This document shows, piece by piece, positions 1 through 8,817 of a DNA stretch of 41,683 nt. Origin of the DNA: Candidatus Latescibacterota bacterium (GTDB lineage Bacteria > Latescibacterota > UBA2968); assembly GCA_038279365.1 (NCBI GenBank), contig JAYODI010000053.1, forward strand, positions 1 to 41,683, given 5' to 3'. Positions within the stretch are counted from its first letter, which is position 1. Every line of letters begins with the position of its first letter. The notes below the pieces were generated by a model. That model did not search any database, was not told the DNA's origin, and worked only from the letters and a program-made list of their open reading frames with translations. A program made the translations under genes and the position numbers.

Positions 1-11
1 GATCAATCTAT

Positions 12-51
12 AAAAAGGCGGTGTTGGATTTTTCCAACACCGCCTTTTTTT
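12..51. terminator. Intrinsic terminator (bidirectional-type)
   Basis: AAAAAGGCGGTGTTGGA-TTTT-TCCAACACCGCCTTTTTT inverted repeat just past the TBDR stop. Confidence 0.85.
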
Positions 52-69
52 GTTTTTGGAATGTGTGAT

Positions 70-2838
70 TTAAAAGCGTATGAGCGTACCAAAAAGGATG
101 TGTCGGGGAGATCCATTGTTGAGGGGATTTTGTTCTTTTGTTTCATATATTTGGCGGCCTGTTTCACCAAATTGCGTGAGGTATTCGCGGCCATCTTCTG
201 AGGCCAACCAGCCAGAAACGTGTGGATTTCCTGTGGCAGAATACACCTCACGAATATTAAAATGATTGGTGATGTTGGTAGCGGTAACAAAAAAATTCAT
301 TTGAAAGCTTCTTAGGTCAAATGTTTTACCCGTTTTGAGATCTATTTGAAAGAGGCCAGGGCTACGGGCAGAGTGTAAGGCGCCGCTGTTTGGCACCACG
401 TTTAAAAAGCCTATTTGTGCACTTACAGGCTCGGTGGGGGTATACGCACGTCCTGTACTGGTGCGCAAAAGAACATGTGCCCAAAAAGCTGCTGGAAATT
501 GAAAGTTGATTTGGGCAATGAGTGCGTGGCGTCGTTCGGATGAAAGTGGGATAGAGCGGGCAGAGGGTGTGCCCAAATAGGTAGGGAAACCAGGTGATAA
601 GTCTATTTCTGGATAATCAGAAATACCTGTGCCTGTATGGTAAGAATAACCATAAGCCACTTGTAATGCCAAAAATGATTCGGGTTGCAGTTGCGCTGTT
701 AATTCAACGCCGCGTAATGTGGCGATATTTGTGTTTCGATAGGTATCGTAGTACGTCGGTTGTGCCAAAATGGTGGTGCGTTGGGTTAATTGAACGGTGC
801 GTTTGAAATAAACAGTTGCATCAAGATGTGTTTGTGGGGAGATGTTATGCGACAGACCCATTTCAAATGCACTGGTTCGTGCCAATTGGAGATTGGGGTA
901 ACCGAATGCATATGTGGTACGTAGTTGTGAAACGCGTTTTGCAAAGTAATTGAGGTCTGTAAAAAGGGTTGCATAATTGGGTATTTGTCGAAAAACGCCA
1001 AAATGTGCATGAAAAGCAGATTGCTGTGTGATATGTAGTGTAAGACCTACACGAGGGCTTAGTGAAAGAAATGATTGGGATGGAACACGTTCGCTGTCTT
1101 CCAGTATTGCGTCTCCACCTAATGGTGCAAGGTCATTTGAAGGCAATGATGTGCGTGCAGAGAAATAGTCAAAGCGCATGCCAAAATCGGCAATGACACC
1201 TTTAAATTCGGTTTTGGTATGGATATAAAAGGTGGCATCTCGTGGGTGGTGAGCATCTTCAGAGGTTTGAAGAGACTGTGTCTGTAAGTCGAGGTCATAG
1301 CCATATTTGATGACATTGGTAAGGCTTTGATTTGTACGGGATATAAATGTGGGGGTTAGGTGTTGATAGGTGCGTAGGGTATGAAGATTGAGTTGAAAAC
1401 CTGCTTGTAGCGTGTGGTTAGGGCTTAACTGTGTGGTTATTTGAAGATCAAGAGGTGTTAATGTGTTGATTTGTTGTTTGAGAAACTCATTGTAAACATG
1501 TCCTTCATCATAAAGAAAAAAACCATCGGCATTTGTTTCAATGGGTGTGTCTGTTCGATCACCTCTCCAAAAGAGTTGTTGGTCATCAAAATTAGGGTTT
1601 CCTGTTGGGCGACCATAGGCAAAAAGGTTGTCAAAATGCACGCCATCACCTTGATGATAGTGGTATGTATTTTGAGTTATTCGCGCTGTGATGTGCGTAT
1701 TTTTTTGTTGATAGTGTAATTGTGTGTTCAAGCCTTGTGTACGGTTTTCAATTTTGGGTGTGTGGCGTAAGTCATAGCGGTAACTGTGCTCGTAATATTG
1801 GCGTTCTTGTTTGGCATGGGTGAGTCGGGTTTGAATTTTGATTTGGTTTGTGGGGCTGAGACTTACATACGCGCGCAAGGTTTGGCGTTGTTGTCCGTTA
1901 TGAGGCAATATCCCTTTGGATAAGGATTCAAAATCATCTGATGGCAATCTATTTCGCTCGTATTCACTTACTGATACACTGTGTCGTGGATCTGCATCGG
2001 TGTCTTTTTGCCAATCTGTGGTCAATGTGGCCGTGGCTTTGTGATGAAATAGGGATGTACCAAGCGTGGTTGACACACGGTTTTGGCCATAACCTGAAGG
2101 GTGATCCGTGATGCCTTCTATGATGCCAAATCGTTTGTGTTGTTGTTGGGTGGTAACAATATGAATGATGCCCGACATGGCTTGTCCGTATTGGGCGTTG
2201 AAGCCACTTTTGGCAATGGTCACGTGGGTTGCATTGGCTGTGGCAACATCGGTAAAGGTATGTCCCATATAGTTGATGGGTTCGGGGAGTTCGTCTATAT
2301 AAACACGATACTCGTTGGCACGCCCTCCCCGAAAATGAAGCTGATTATGATGCTGTGAAATGCCTGTTTGAACGGTGGCCCATTGGGTGGCGTTGAGGAT
2401 GGGGCTTTTGTGCAACATGGATAAAGTGATGTCGTGTGCTGTACCGGTGCGAAGGTAATTGATGTGGTGATGTGGTGATTGGGTGGTTAAAATCAATTCG
2501 GTTACGGCATCTGGTGCAACGGCGATATTGTTGTGATGGGCAGGATGTTCTTGATATTGGTAGGAGATGGTGTATTGACCAGGTGATAGGGCATAAAAGC
2601 GACACTGGCCATTTTTGTCGGTGGTGTTTTGGCGTATGATTTGGTTGCCTTGAAGGGTGACGGTGATATTGGGTAGTAAATAATCCTCTTGGTTGGCAAT
2701 TTCAATGACCAAAATTTCTGCCCGTAGGGGTGGGGGAAGTAGGCAATACAGCATCCAACACCATAACAATATCTGTTTGGTTTGATTCGGATAAACGTAT
2801 GACAAAAAGGGTTTAAGGTGTTTTAATATGGGTATCAT
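70..2838 (-). CDS. TonB-dependent receptor with N-terminal carboxypeptidase-regulatory-like domain
   Basis: TTDKNGQCRFYALSPGQYTI Ig-like domain, plug motifs LHFRGGR and GFNAQYGQAMSGIIHIVT, LSPRVG, C-terminal Phe. Start placed at ATG 2838 overlapping the moaB stop (ATGA); start uncertain. Confidence 0.85.
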   Translation of the reverse strand: MIPILKHLKPFLSYVYPNQTKQILLWCWMLYCLLPPPLRAEILVIEIANQEDYLLPNITVTLQGNQIIRQNTTDKNGQCRFYALSPGQYTISYQYQEHPAHHNNIAVAPDAVTELILTTQSPHHHINYLRTGTAHDITLSMLHKSPILNATQWATVQTGISQHHNQLHFRGGRANEYRVYIDELPEPINYMGHTFTDVATANATHVTIAKSGFNAQYGQAMSGIIHIVTTQQQHKRFGIIEGITDHPSGYGQNRVSTTLGTSLFHHKATATLTTDWQKDTDADPRHSVSVSEYERNRLPSDDFESLSKGILPHNGQQRQTLRAYVSLSPTNQIKIQTRLTHAKQERQYYEHSYRYDLRHTPKIENRTQGLNTQLHYQQKNTHITARITQNTYHYHQGDGVHFDNLFAYGRPTGNPNFDDQQLFWRGDRTDTPIETNADGFFLYDEGHVYNEFLKQQINTLTPLDLQITTQLSPNHTLQAGFQLNLHTLRTYQHLTPTFISRTNQSLTNVIKYGYDLDLQTQSLQTSEDAHHPRDATFYIHTKTEFKGVIADFGMRFDYFSARTSLPSNDLAPLGGDAILEDSERVPSQSFLSLSPRVGLTLHITQQSAFHAHFGVFRQIPNYATLFTDLNYFAKRVSQLRTTYAFGYPNLQLARTSAFEMGLSHNISPQTHLDATVYFKRTVQLTQRTTILAQPTYYDTYRNTNIATLRGVELTAQLQPESFLALQVAYGYSYHTGTGISDYPEIDLSPGFPTYLGTPSARSIPLSSERRHALIAQINFQFPAAFWAHVLLRTSTGRAYTPTEPVSAQIGFLNVVPNSGALHSARSPGLFQIDLKTGKTFDLRSFQMNFFVTATNITNHFNIREVYSATGNPHVSGWLASEDGREYLTQFGETGRQIYETKEQNPLNNGSPRHILFGTLIRF

Positions 2839-3344
2839 TTTTGGCGCCAGATTTCCCAAACAAGGTGAGATAGTTCTGGTACGATTAATTTTTCCATGGC
2901 CAACTTTACAGCACCTGAAGACCCTGGCATACAAAAGATCATGGTGTCTTTGTAAACGCCTGCCACAGCTCGTGAGAGCATGGCACCAGAGCCAATGTCT
3001 TCCCAGCTTAGAAAACGAAAAATTTCACCAAAACCATCGAGTCGTTTTTCAAGCAAAGATGTGACGGCTTCATAAGTGGTATCGCGAGCCGCAATACCTG
3101 TTCCACCATTGGTAAGCACAACATGGCATTTGCCTTCATGGGCGATGTGCATAATCAGTTTGCGAATTTGGTCGGCTTCATCTTTGACCACTTGATAAAA
3201 ACCAATTTCATGCCCGGCTTCTTGTAACAATTCGTGAATGATTTTCCCACTTTTGTCATCGGCTTCGGTGCGGGTGTCGCTAATGGTGAGTATGGCACAG
3301 GTAACGGCATCTTTGGCTTGTTGAATATGGTCTTCGTAAGGCAT
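2835..3344 (-). CDS. moaB: Molybdenum cofactor biosynthesis protein B (MoaB/MogA family)
   Basis: ILTISDTR, DKSG, TNGGTGIAARDTT, GFGEIFR, AMLSRA, MPGS motifs. Confidence 0.92.
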   Translation of the reverse strand: MPYEDHIQQAKDAVTCAILTISDTRTEADDKSGKIIHELLQEAGHEIGFYQVVKDEADQIRKLIMHIAHEGKCHVVLTNGGTGIAARDTTYEAVTSLLEKRLDGFGEIFRFLSWEDIGSGAMLSRAVAGVYKDTMIFCMPGSSGAVKLAMEKLIVPELSHLVWEIWRQK

Positions 3345-3481
3345 GGTGGCTCCAATGTGTTTTTGAGAAACGGTTGAATAAGGATAGGATGCGAATAAAA
3401 AAGGTAGCGTGAACCATGTGTCGTTTGGAAGATAGAAAAATGGATATGTATTGTCAATGAAATCAATGGTTTAAAAAGCAT

Positions 3482-3508
3482 TAAAGATTCGTGGTGTTTG
3501 GCCGATAT
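3482..3508 (+). promoter_or_regulatory. Sigma28 (FliA/SigD)-type promoter
   Basis: TAAA (3482-3485)-N15-GCCGATAT (3501-3508), an exact match to the sigma28 consensus, 75 nt upstream of ATG 3584. Confidence 0.7.
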
Positions 3509-3583
3509 CATGAGAGAGGGGAAGTTTGAAATTTATTTGCTCTATAAAGTATCTCTCAATTTTGAGACAAAGGTTGAACGAAT

Positions 3584-4693
3584 ATGAAAATTGGTGGTGC
3601 CACATATTCAGCGCAAGCTCTGTCTGCGTTGATGCCTCAGGAACGGTCAGAAGGTCGCACGGAACTTGTGAAGGGGACATCTGTTGGCCAAACAGATCGT
3701 TTTGAACTTTCTCAAGCTGTGATGGGTGCGGCTGATACGTTGCCTGGGCAGACACCATCCAAATTTCAAGTAACGGGAGATTTTGGATTCTGCCCAAATT
3801 GTGGCAATTCACATGGATTGTCTCTTGGTAATGAAAACAAAAGTCAACAAACGCCAGAGATAGATGGTACACAGATCCCAGATTTGCATGAGATTTTGGG
3901 CGCTTCCGAAATAGAAGAAGTGGGTGTGACCCTACCGGGTGAGACAGATCGCGAATCTGCGAAAGAACCAGAACGTGATACATTGACGGGAGAGGTGGCG
4001 TTAGAGGATAAAGAGAAGCAAGAAGTAGAAGAATTAAAACGGCGTGATCAAGAAGTGCGCACACACGAGCAAGCTCATGTTGCTGCGGGTGGTCAACATG
4101 TCCGTGGAGGCATTTCTTATGAGTATCAAACAGGCCCAGATGGAAAGCGTTATGCTGTAGGGGGCGAGGTGTCTATTGATACATCGCCAGAAAATAAACC
4201 TGAATATACCATTCGCAAGGCACAAACCATTCGACAGGCGGCGTTGGCTCCTGCAGAACCCTCAGGACAAGACCGTAGGGCTGCTGCTGCGGCTGCCCAA
4301 ATGGAATTAAAAGCACGGCAAGAGCTTATGGAAGCCAAGTTGGAGGGTGGGGAAGAAGACAGTGATGAGGTGGCAGAGATTTTAGGGGCTTCTGGTGATG
4401 ATGATACAGATAAGAATACCGTGTCAGCAGATTTGCCCCAAGGGCCAGTGCTTGAGAGGCCAAATAAGTCGGCCAGTGAGATCATAGAGGGTGGTTTACA
4501 AAAGGCCGACGGTTTGTCTGTGTCGGATGTTTCAAAACAAAAGCAGGGGGTTTTGTTTCAAGGTGGGTTAGATGTGGGGCATCAAAAAGAAAAAGAGTTG
4601 CCCGAGGTTGCTTCATCGGCACCGGTGCCTGTTGTTAAGTTGGATTATGCACAACAAAAACGTGCTGGGGGTTTGGTGGATATGTATGGGTAG
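3584..4693 (+). CDS. SprA-related family putative metalloprotease (CJM1_0395-like)
   Basis: RDQEVRTHEQAHVAAGG, YQTGPDGKRYAVGGEVSID, AALAPAEPSGQD signature; acidic low-complexity flanks. Confidence 0.85.
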   Translation: MKIGGATYSAQALSALMPQERSEGRTELVKGTSVGQTDRFELSQAVMGAADTLPGQTPSKFQVTGDFGFCPNCGNSHGLSLGNENKSQQTPEIDGTQIPDLHEILGASEIEEVGVTLPGETDRESAKEPERDTLTGEVALEDKEKQEVEELKRRDQEVRTHEQAHVAAGGQHVRGGISYEYQTGPDGKRYAVGGEVSIDTSPENKPEYTIRKAQTIRQAALAPAEPSGQDRRAAAAAAQMELKARQELMEAKLEGGEEDSDEVAEILGASGDDDTDKNTVSADLPQGPVLERPNKSASEIIEGGLQKADGLSVSDVSKQKQGVLFQGGLDVGHQKEKELPEVASSAPVPVVKLDYAQQKRAGGLVDMYG

Positions 4694-4707
4694 GAAAACG
4701 TCATAAT

Positions 4708-4749
4708 AAAAAAAGGAGCCGATGTCATGACAACATCGGCTCCTTTTTT
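4708..4749. terminator. Bidirectional intrinsic terminator
   Basis: A7-GGAGCCGATGT...ACATCGGCTCC-T6 between convergent genes. Confidence 0.85.
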
Positions 4750-4756
4750 ATGTACC

Positions 4757-5251
4757 TCAGAGATTACGTTCCAGAATTTTCATAGGCCGTCGCCAAAGTG
4801 TGACATTTTCTTTAAAGACAAATCCTTTTTTGCGATAAAGATAATGTGCGGCTTCCATTTGTGTGGCAGTACACAATATAAGCCGTTTATAACCCACTTG
4901 TTGTGCAAAGGCAATGGCAGTATCGATGAGCCAACTGCCCAAGCCTTTGTTGCGTGCCTCTGCTGCTACAAATATCCATTTGAGCACGGCTGTTGTGTCA
5001 CTGCGACGATCCACGCCCAATAAACCACAGAGGATATTGTTGCGATAATATGCGTTAAAGAGATGGGTTTTGGTATCAAAGCGTTCGAAAAATTGAGAAA
5101 CAGAAGCCTCGAGTTGTCTCTTGACATGCATACCACATTCACGCGATAAGATGTGACAAATGAAAGTTACCACCTCACCTTGTGAAATATTTTTGATCGT
5201 GCGTGCTTCAAAAAGAGCAGAAGGATTTTTATGGACCACTTTTTGTGACAC
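4757..5251 (-). CDS. GNAT family N-acetyltransferase
   Basis: FVAAEARNKGLGSWL acetyl-CoA motif and AAHYLYRKKGF; start placed at GTG 5251 just after the upstream stop (uncertain). Confidence 0.75.
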   Translation of the reverse strand: MSQKVVHKNPSALFEARTIKNISQGEVVTFICHILSRECGMHVKRQLEASVSQFFERFDTKTHLFNAYYRNNILCGLLGVDRRSDTTAVLKWIFVAAEARNKGLGSWLIDTAIAFAQQVGYKRLILCTATQMEAAHYLYRKKGFVFKENVTLWRRPMKILERNL

Positions 5252-5252
5252 C

Positions 5253-6026
5253 TTATGAAAGCCCCATGCCTTTGAGATTGTTGAAGCTGATTTTGAGGCT
5301 TTCAAATGGATCGCGATCATAACAACGATCTTGTTCAACAATGTACCAACGTGTGCCCGATTGGCGGCCTGCTTCGAGAATGGCTGGCCAGTTGAGATTG
5401 CCTTCTCCCACTTCTGCAAAGCGTTGTTCACGGCCTTCAATGGCCATGTCTTTCACGTGAATGAGGTCGATGCGCCCAGAGGCTTTTTTGATCCAAGCGG
5501 CAGGGTCAGCGCCACCGGCTTGTACCCAATAAACATCAATTTCGAGCTGAACGGCTTGGGGGTCTGTCTCTTGTAAAATGAGCTCCAGTGCGGTGCGGTT
5601 GCCAAATTTTTGAAATTCGAAATTATGGTTGTGATAGCCAAAGGTTAAACCCGCTTCGGCAAATTTGCGACCCACCTCGGATGCTTCTTGTGCAAATTGT
5701 ATGTATCCGGCTTCGCCGTTTTCACGATATGATTGAGGGAGGCCACCAATGGCGGGATATTTACACCCGAGAATATGGTGTTCGTCAATGACGGCTTGTG
5801 TTTCATCGCGCATGCGATCAAAACCTGTGTGTGTGGCACATATCTCAACACCGTTGTCGTCGGCAATTTTTCGAAGATCTTTGGGGTCAATGGGACCAAA
5901 ACCAGAAACCTGCATGGCATCGTAACCAATGGCTTTAACTTTTTTGATAGATTCTGCAATGCCTTCGGGGGTTTTGGTAAAATCGCGAACGGTGTACATT
6001 TGTGCGGCAATCATTGTTTGTGGCAT
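5253..6026 (-). CDS. Sugar phosphate isomerase/epimerase (xylose-isomerase-like TIM barrel)
   Basis: QMYTVRD, YHNHNFEF, EIDVYWV, IHVKD, EVGEGNLNW, IVEQD; AAGGAG SD. Confidence 0.9.
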   Translation of the reverse strand: MPQTMIAAQMYTVRDFTKTPEGIAESIKKVKAIGYDAMQVSGFGPIDPKDLRKIADDNGVEICATHTGFDRMRDETQAVIDEHHILGCKYPAIGGLPQSYRENGEAGYIQFAQEASEVGRKFAEAGLTFGYHNHNFEFQKFGNRTALELILQETDPQAVQLEIDVYWVQAGGADPAAWIKKASGRIDLIHVKDMAIEGREQRFAEVGEGNLNWPAILEAGRQSGTRWYIVEQDRCYDRDPFESLKISFNNLKGMGLS

Positions 6027-6132
6027 TTTAAAAACTCCTTTGAAAATGAAAATGGGAACGAGACTTCATAGGTTAGCAGGTCATGGCATATCCCATCACA
6101 CGTTGGGATGCGATCATAGATGATATGGGCGT

Positions 6133-6268
6133 GCGAATTTGCGAATCTACGAATCTACGAATCTACGAATCTACGAATTTGCGAATCCTATCATCTAAAA
6201 TATGTTGCAGGGTTTTCGCCTATTCGCCTATTCGCCTATTCGCCTATTCGCCTATTTGCCTATTCGTT
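6133..6268. repeat. Inverted pair of 8-bp tandem arrays (7 x RCGAATYY, 7 x ~TATTCGCC)
   Basis: Counted directly: 7 units at 6133-6188, 24-nt spacer, 7 units at 6213-6268; cores CGAAT and ATTCG are reverse complements. Confidence 0.9.
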
Positions 6269-6471
6269 TGTCCAAGCACATGACCCAAAAAATGGTTCTG
6301 GAATAGACCCTTCAAAGATGCGATGATTGTCTGGTTTTAATAATACCATATGGAAGGCGTTGATGCCAGTACTTTTGATGCACGGAAAATACTGGCATTT
6401 TTGTGTGTGAGCCTGTATTTTAGGGTTCATGATATGACGGTTTGATTTTTTATTTTGCTTGGGGGTATTGT

Positions 6472-8718
6472 ATGTCACATTTAGAAAATTTAACAGGTCA
6501 ACAAGAGACGCGCAATGTGGCCTTGTTGAAGGGTTCAAAGTACTTGGGGGATCAGATTACATCGGAGGTTTTGTCTTTGCAAATAGATATTGCAAAGACG
6601 GAGACTTTGGGTGAGGCTGAAAACTTGGCGTTGTCTGGCTTACAAATTGATGCGGCACGTATTGCCATTCGCTCTTTGGCTTCTTTGGCCGAAATTGGCG
6701 AATTGGATCATTTGGGTGGTGGTTTGGAGTTGATACCGGGTTTGTTGATGAGTTTGGCTGTGACTGATTATGATCAGGTGACGTATACGATTGAACATGC
6801 CCACACAAGCATTGGTTATTTTTCGGCATTGGCAGCGTATGGTTTTGTGGGTGCAGATGATGTTGTCACAGGTTTTCGCCGTGGGTTGGATTTTCCGGGG
6901 CATGTGTCTTGGTTGCCAGGGGGAACGCAACTCAATGGTGGGCGTTTGGGTGTGATGATTCCTGTGGCAGTTGGACAGGCTTTGGGCAAAAAGGCACTTC
7001 ATGACCGTGCGTGGTTGATTACCCATTGTGGTGATGCCGGATGGATTTCTGGGCAGGCCTTAAATGGGTTTAATGGTGCCGCCGTACAAGGCGCGCCCAT
7101 TACGTTTGTGATGCACCGCAATGGCATTCAGTTGTCGAGCAGCACGGCACATATTATGGATGTAGACCCACGGCCTGTGATTGCATCTTTGGGTGTTGAA
7201 ATTTTAGAGATTCCATCGTTGCACGACAATGCGGCTTTGTATGGCGCTTATCGCGAAGGGTATCGCTTGGCACAAGCAGGCAAACCCAGTTTGATTTATC
7301 CGGTGGGTTATTCGGGTGATAAGACCACACTTGCCACACTTGGCGAACGGTATGGGATTACAAAAGAAGTTACTGCCTTTGCTGCTAAAAACGATGTGCC
7401 ATTAGACAAAGTGATTTGGGTACCCGGATCATTGATGAGCTTTAGAGATGTGATACAAATGTTGGAATGTGTGTTTTTGGTGAATGATTTGCCGGGTGGT
7501 AAAAACCATCACGATGGCAGTATGAAAGGGCGCAACGAAGCAGATGTGTTGGCTGGCCCCATGTTTCAGGCAACAGACGCCCAAACGCAAGCATTGGATG
7601 CCATTCGCAAAAAAGGATCCCGAAAAGTGGTGACCACGGCACGCCCAGCACCGGGCAGTGAAAACTTGGTGATTCCAAAAGAAAAGCTCAAGGGCGTGTC
7701 GTTGGCAACAGACAAAGCCAGCCCACGTGATGGGGCTTCGGTGGCTTATGCTTTGGTTGCTGAGTCATTTCCTGACCAAGTTTTTGTGGTGAGTTGTGAC
7801 TTAGACCCGTCTACCAAATTGTCGGCGGCGCGGGCGCATTTGGATGATGATCATCAGTTTGAAATGAGCATTGAAGAACAAGTGGCCACACTGATGGCCA
7901 ATGGTTTGGCGATGAGCTCACACAGCCCACAGTTGAATGTGGTGTCTACGTTTGCGGCCTTTTTTGAAGGCATTGCCCGTGAAGGTTTTGATATGTGGCA
8001 ATATCAACGCAATTTGAACGGGATCAATGAAGGTTTGAATGTGGTATTTCATTTGTCTCATGTGGGTGCGTGCACGGGCAGAGATCACTTTTCGGGTTGG
8101 GGTTTGGATTGGATCAATGTGGCATTGACTTATTTGCCTTATTTACATCGTTTTTATGCGCCAGCCGATACACGGGCTTCGTTTTTGGCCGTGAAAGATA
8201 TGGCGGCACATTATGGTGGGCATGTCATTGGTGTGCCACGTGATTCGGGCTTGCCTATTTTGCAAAAACAAGATGGATCGGGGCCGTTGTGGTCACCTGA
8301 AGATGAATGGGAAGCCGTGACGCTCTATCGGCAAAACGCAGGAGCAAAGTATGCCATTTTGGCTTTGGGTGCACCGGCTTATATGGGTGGTGAGGCTTCG
8401 GAAATTTTGAATAAGAAGGGTATTGCCACCGATGTTTATGTGGTTAATGGTTTGCCCATTTGCAAAGATGCGTTATCGGATTTGATTGGCAAATATGAAG
8501 GTGTTGTGACCATTGAAGACGGTAAGATTGGAACGCCAGAAACGGGCTTGCGTGGCTTTGCTGGGTTGGTGGGTTCTGCGGCAGGAGCGCAAGGGATTGC
8601 ACATGCGCATGTGGGTATTACAGACCCACGTATTGCACCCTCAGAAGGCATGGAAGAAACATGGGAACACTTTGGCATTACAACCGAAGCATTGGTTGAG
8701 GCTGTAGAAGCTTTGTAG
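6472..8718 (+). CDS. Transketolase-like ThDP-dependent enzyme (divergent)
   Basis: HLGGGL, FPGH, GDAG...HRNG ThDP motif variant, SCDL, MSIEEQ, STFAAF, VVTIEDG; ATG 6472 after GGGGGT. Confidence 0.8.
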   Translation: MSHLENLTGQQETRNVALLKGSKYLGDQITSEVLSLQIDIAKTETLGEAENLALSGLQIDAARIAIRSLASLAEIGELDHLGGGLELIPGLLMSLAVTDYDQVTYTIEHAHTSIGYFSALAAYGFVGADDVVTGFRRGLDFPGHVSWLPGGTQLNGGRLGVMIPVAVGQALGKKALHDRAWLITHCGDAGWISGQALNGFNGAAVQGAPITFVMHRNGIQLSSSTAHIMDVDPRPVIASLGVEILEIPSLHDNAALYGAYREGYRLAQAGKPSLIYPVGYSGDKTTLATLGERYGITKEVTAFAAKNDVPLDKVIWVPGSLMSFRDVIQMLECVFLVNDLPGGKNHHDGSMKGRNEADVLAGPMFQATDAQTQALDAIRKKGSRKVVTTARPAPGSENLVIPKEKLKGVSLATDKASPRDGASVAYALVAESFPDQVFVVSCDLDPSTKLSAARAHLDDDHQFEMSIEEQVATLMANGLAMSSHSPQLNVVSTFAAFFEGIAREGFDMWQYQRNLNGINEGLNVVFHLSHVGACTGRDHFSGWGLDWINVALTYLPYLHRFYAPADTRASFLAVKDMAAHYGGHVIGVPRDSGLPILQKQDGSGPLWSPEDEWEAVTLYRQNAGAKYAILALGAPAYMGGEASEILNKKGIATDVYVVNGLPICKDALSDLIGKYEGVVTIEDGKIGTPETGLRGFAGLVGSAAGAQGIAHAHVGITDPRIAPSEGMEETWEHFGITTEALVEAVEAL

Positions 8719-8742
8719 TTAGACTGTTTATAGCAGATTCTT

Positions 8743-8790
8743 AAACCTCTGAGGTGACCGTAATGGTTTGCTTCAGAGGTTTTTGTTTTT
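8743..8790. terminator. Intrinsic terminator
   Basis: AAACCTCTGAGG...CTTCAGAGGTTTTTG between convergent genes. Confidence 0.7.
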
Positions 8791-8817
8791 GTGAGGGGTG
8801 ATTCGAAAAATTTGATC

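Noticed and set aside
2839-2934. N-terminal extension of the TBDR ORF to 2934
   Set aside because: Overlaps moaB; the ATGA-coupled start at 2838 is more parsimonious
5252-5440. N-terminal extension of the GNAT ORF
   Set aside because: Lies inside the isomerase gene in another frame with no GNAT-like content
6083-6538. Small ORFs with ESTNLRIY/SPIRLFAY repeats
   Set aside because: Translation by-products of the octamer arrays; no convincing SD
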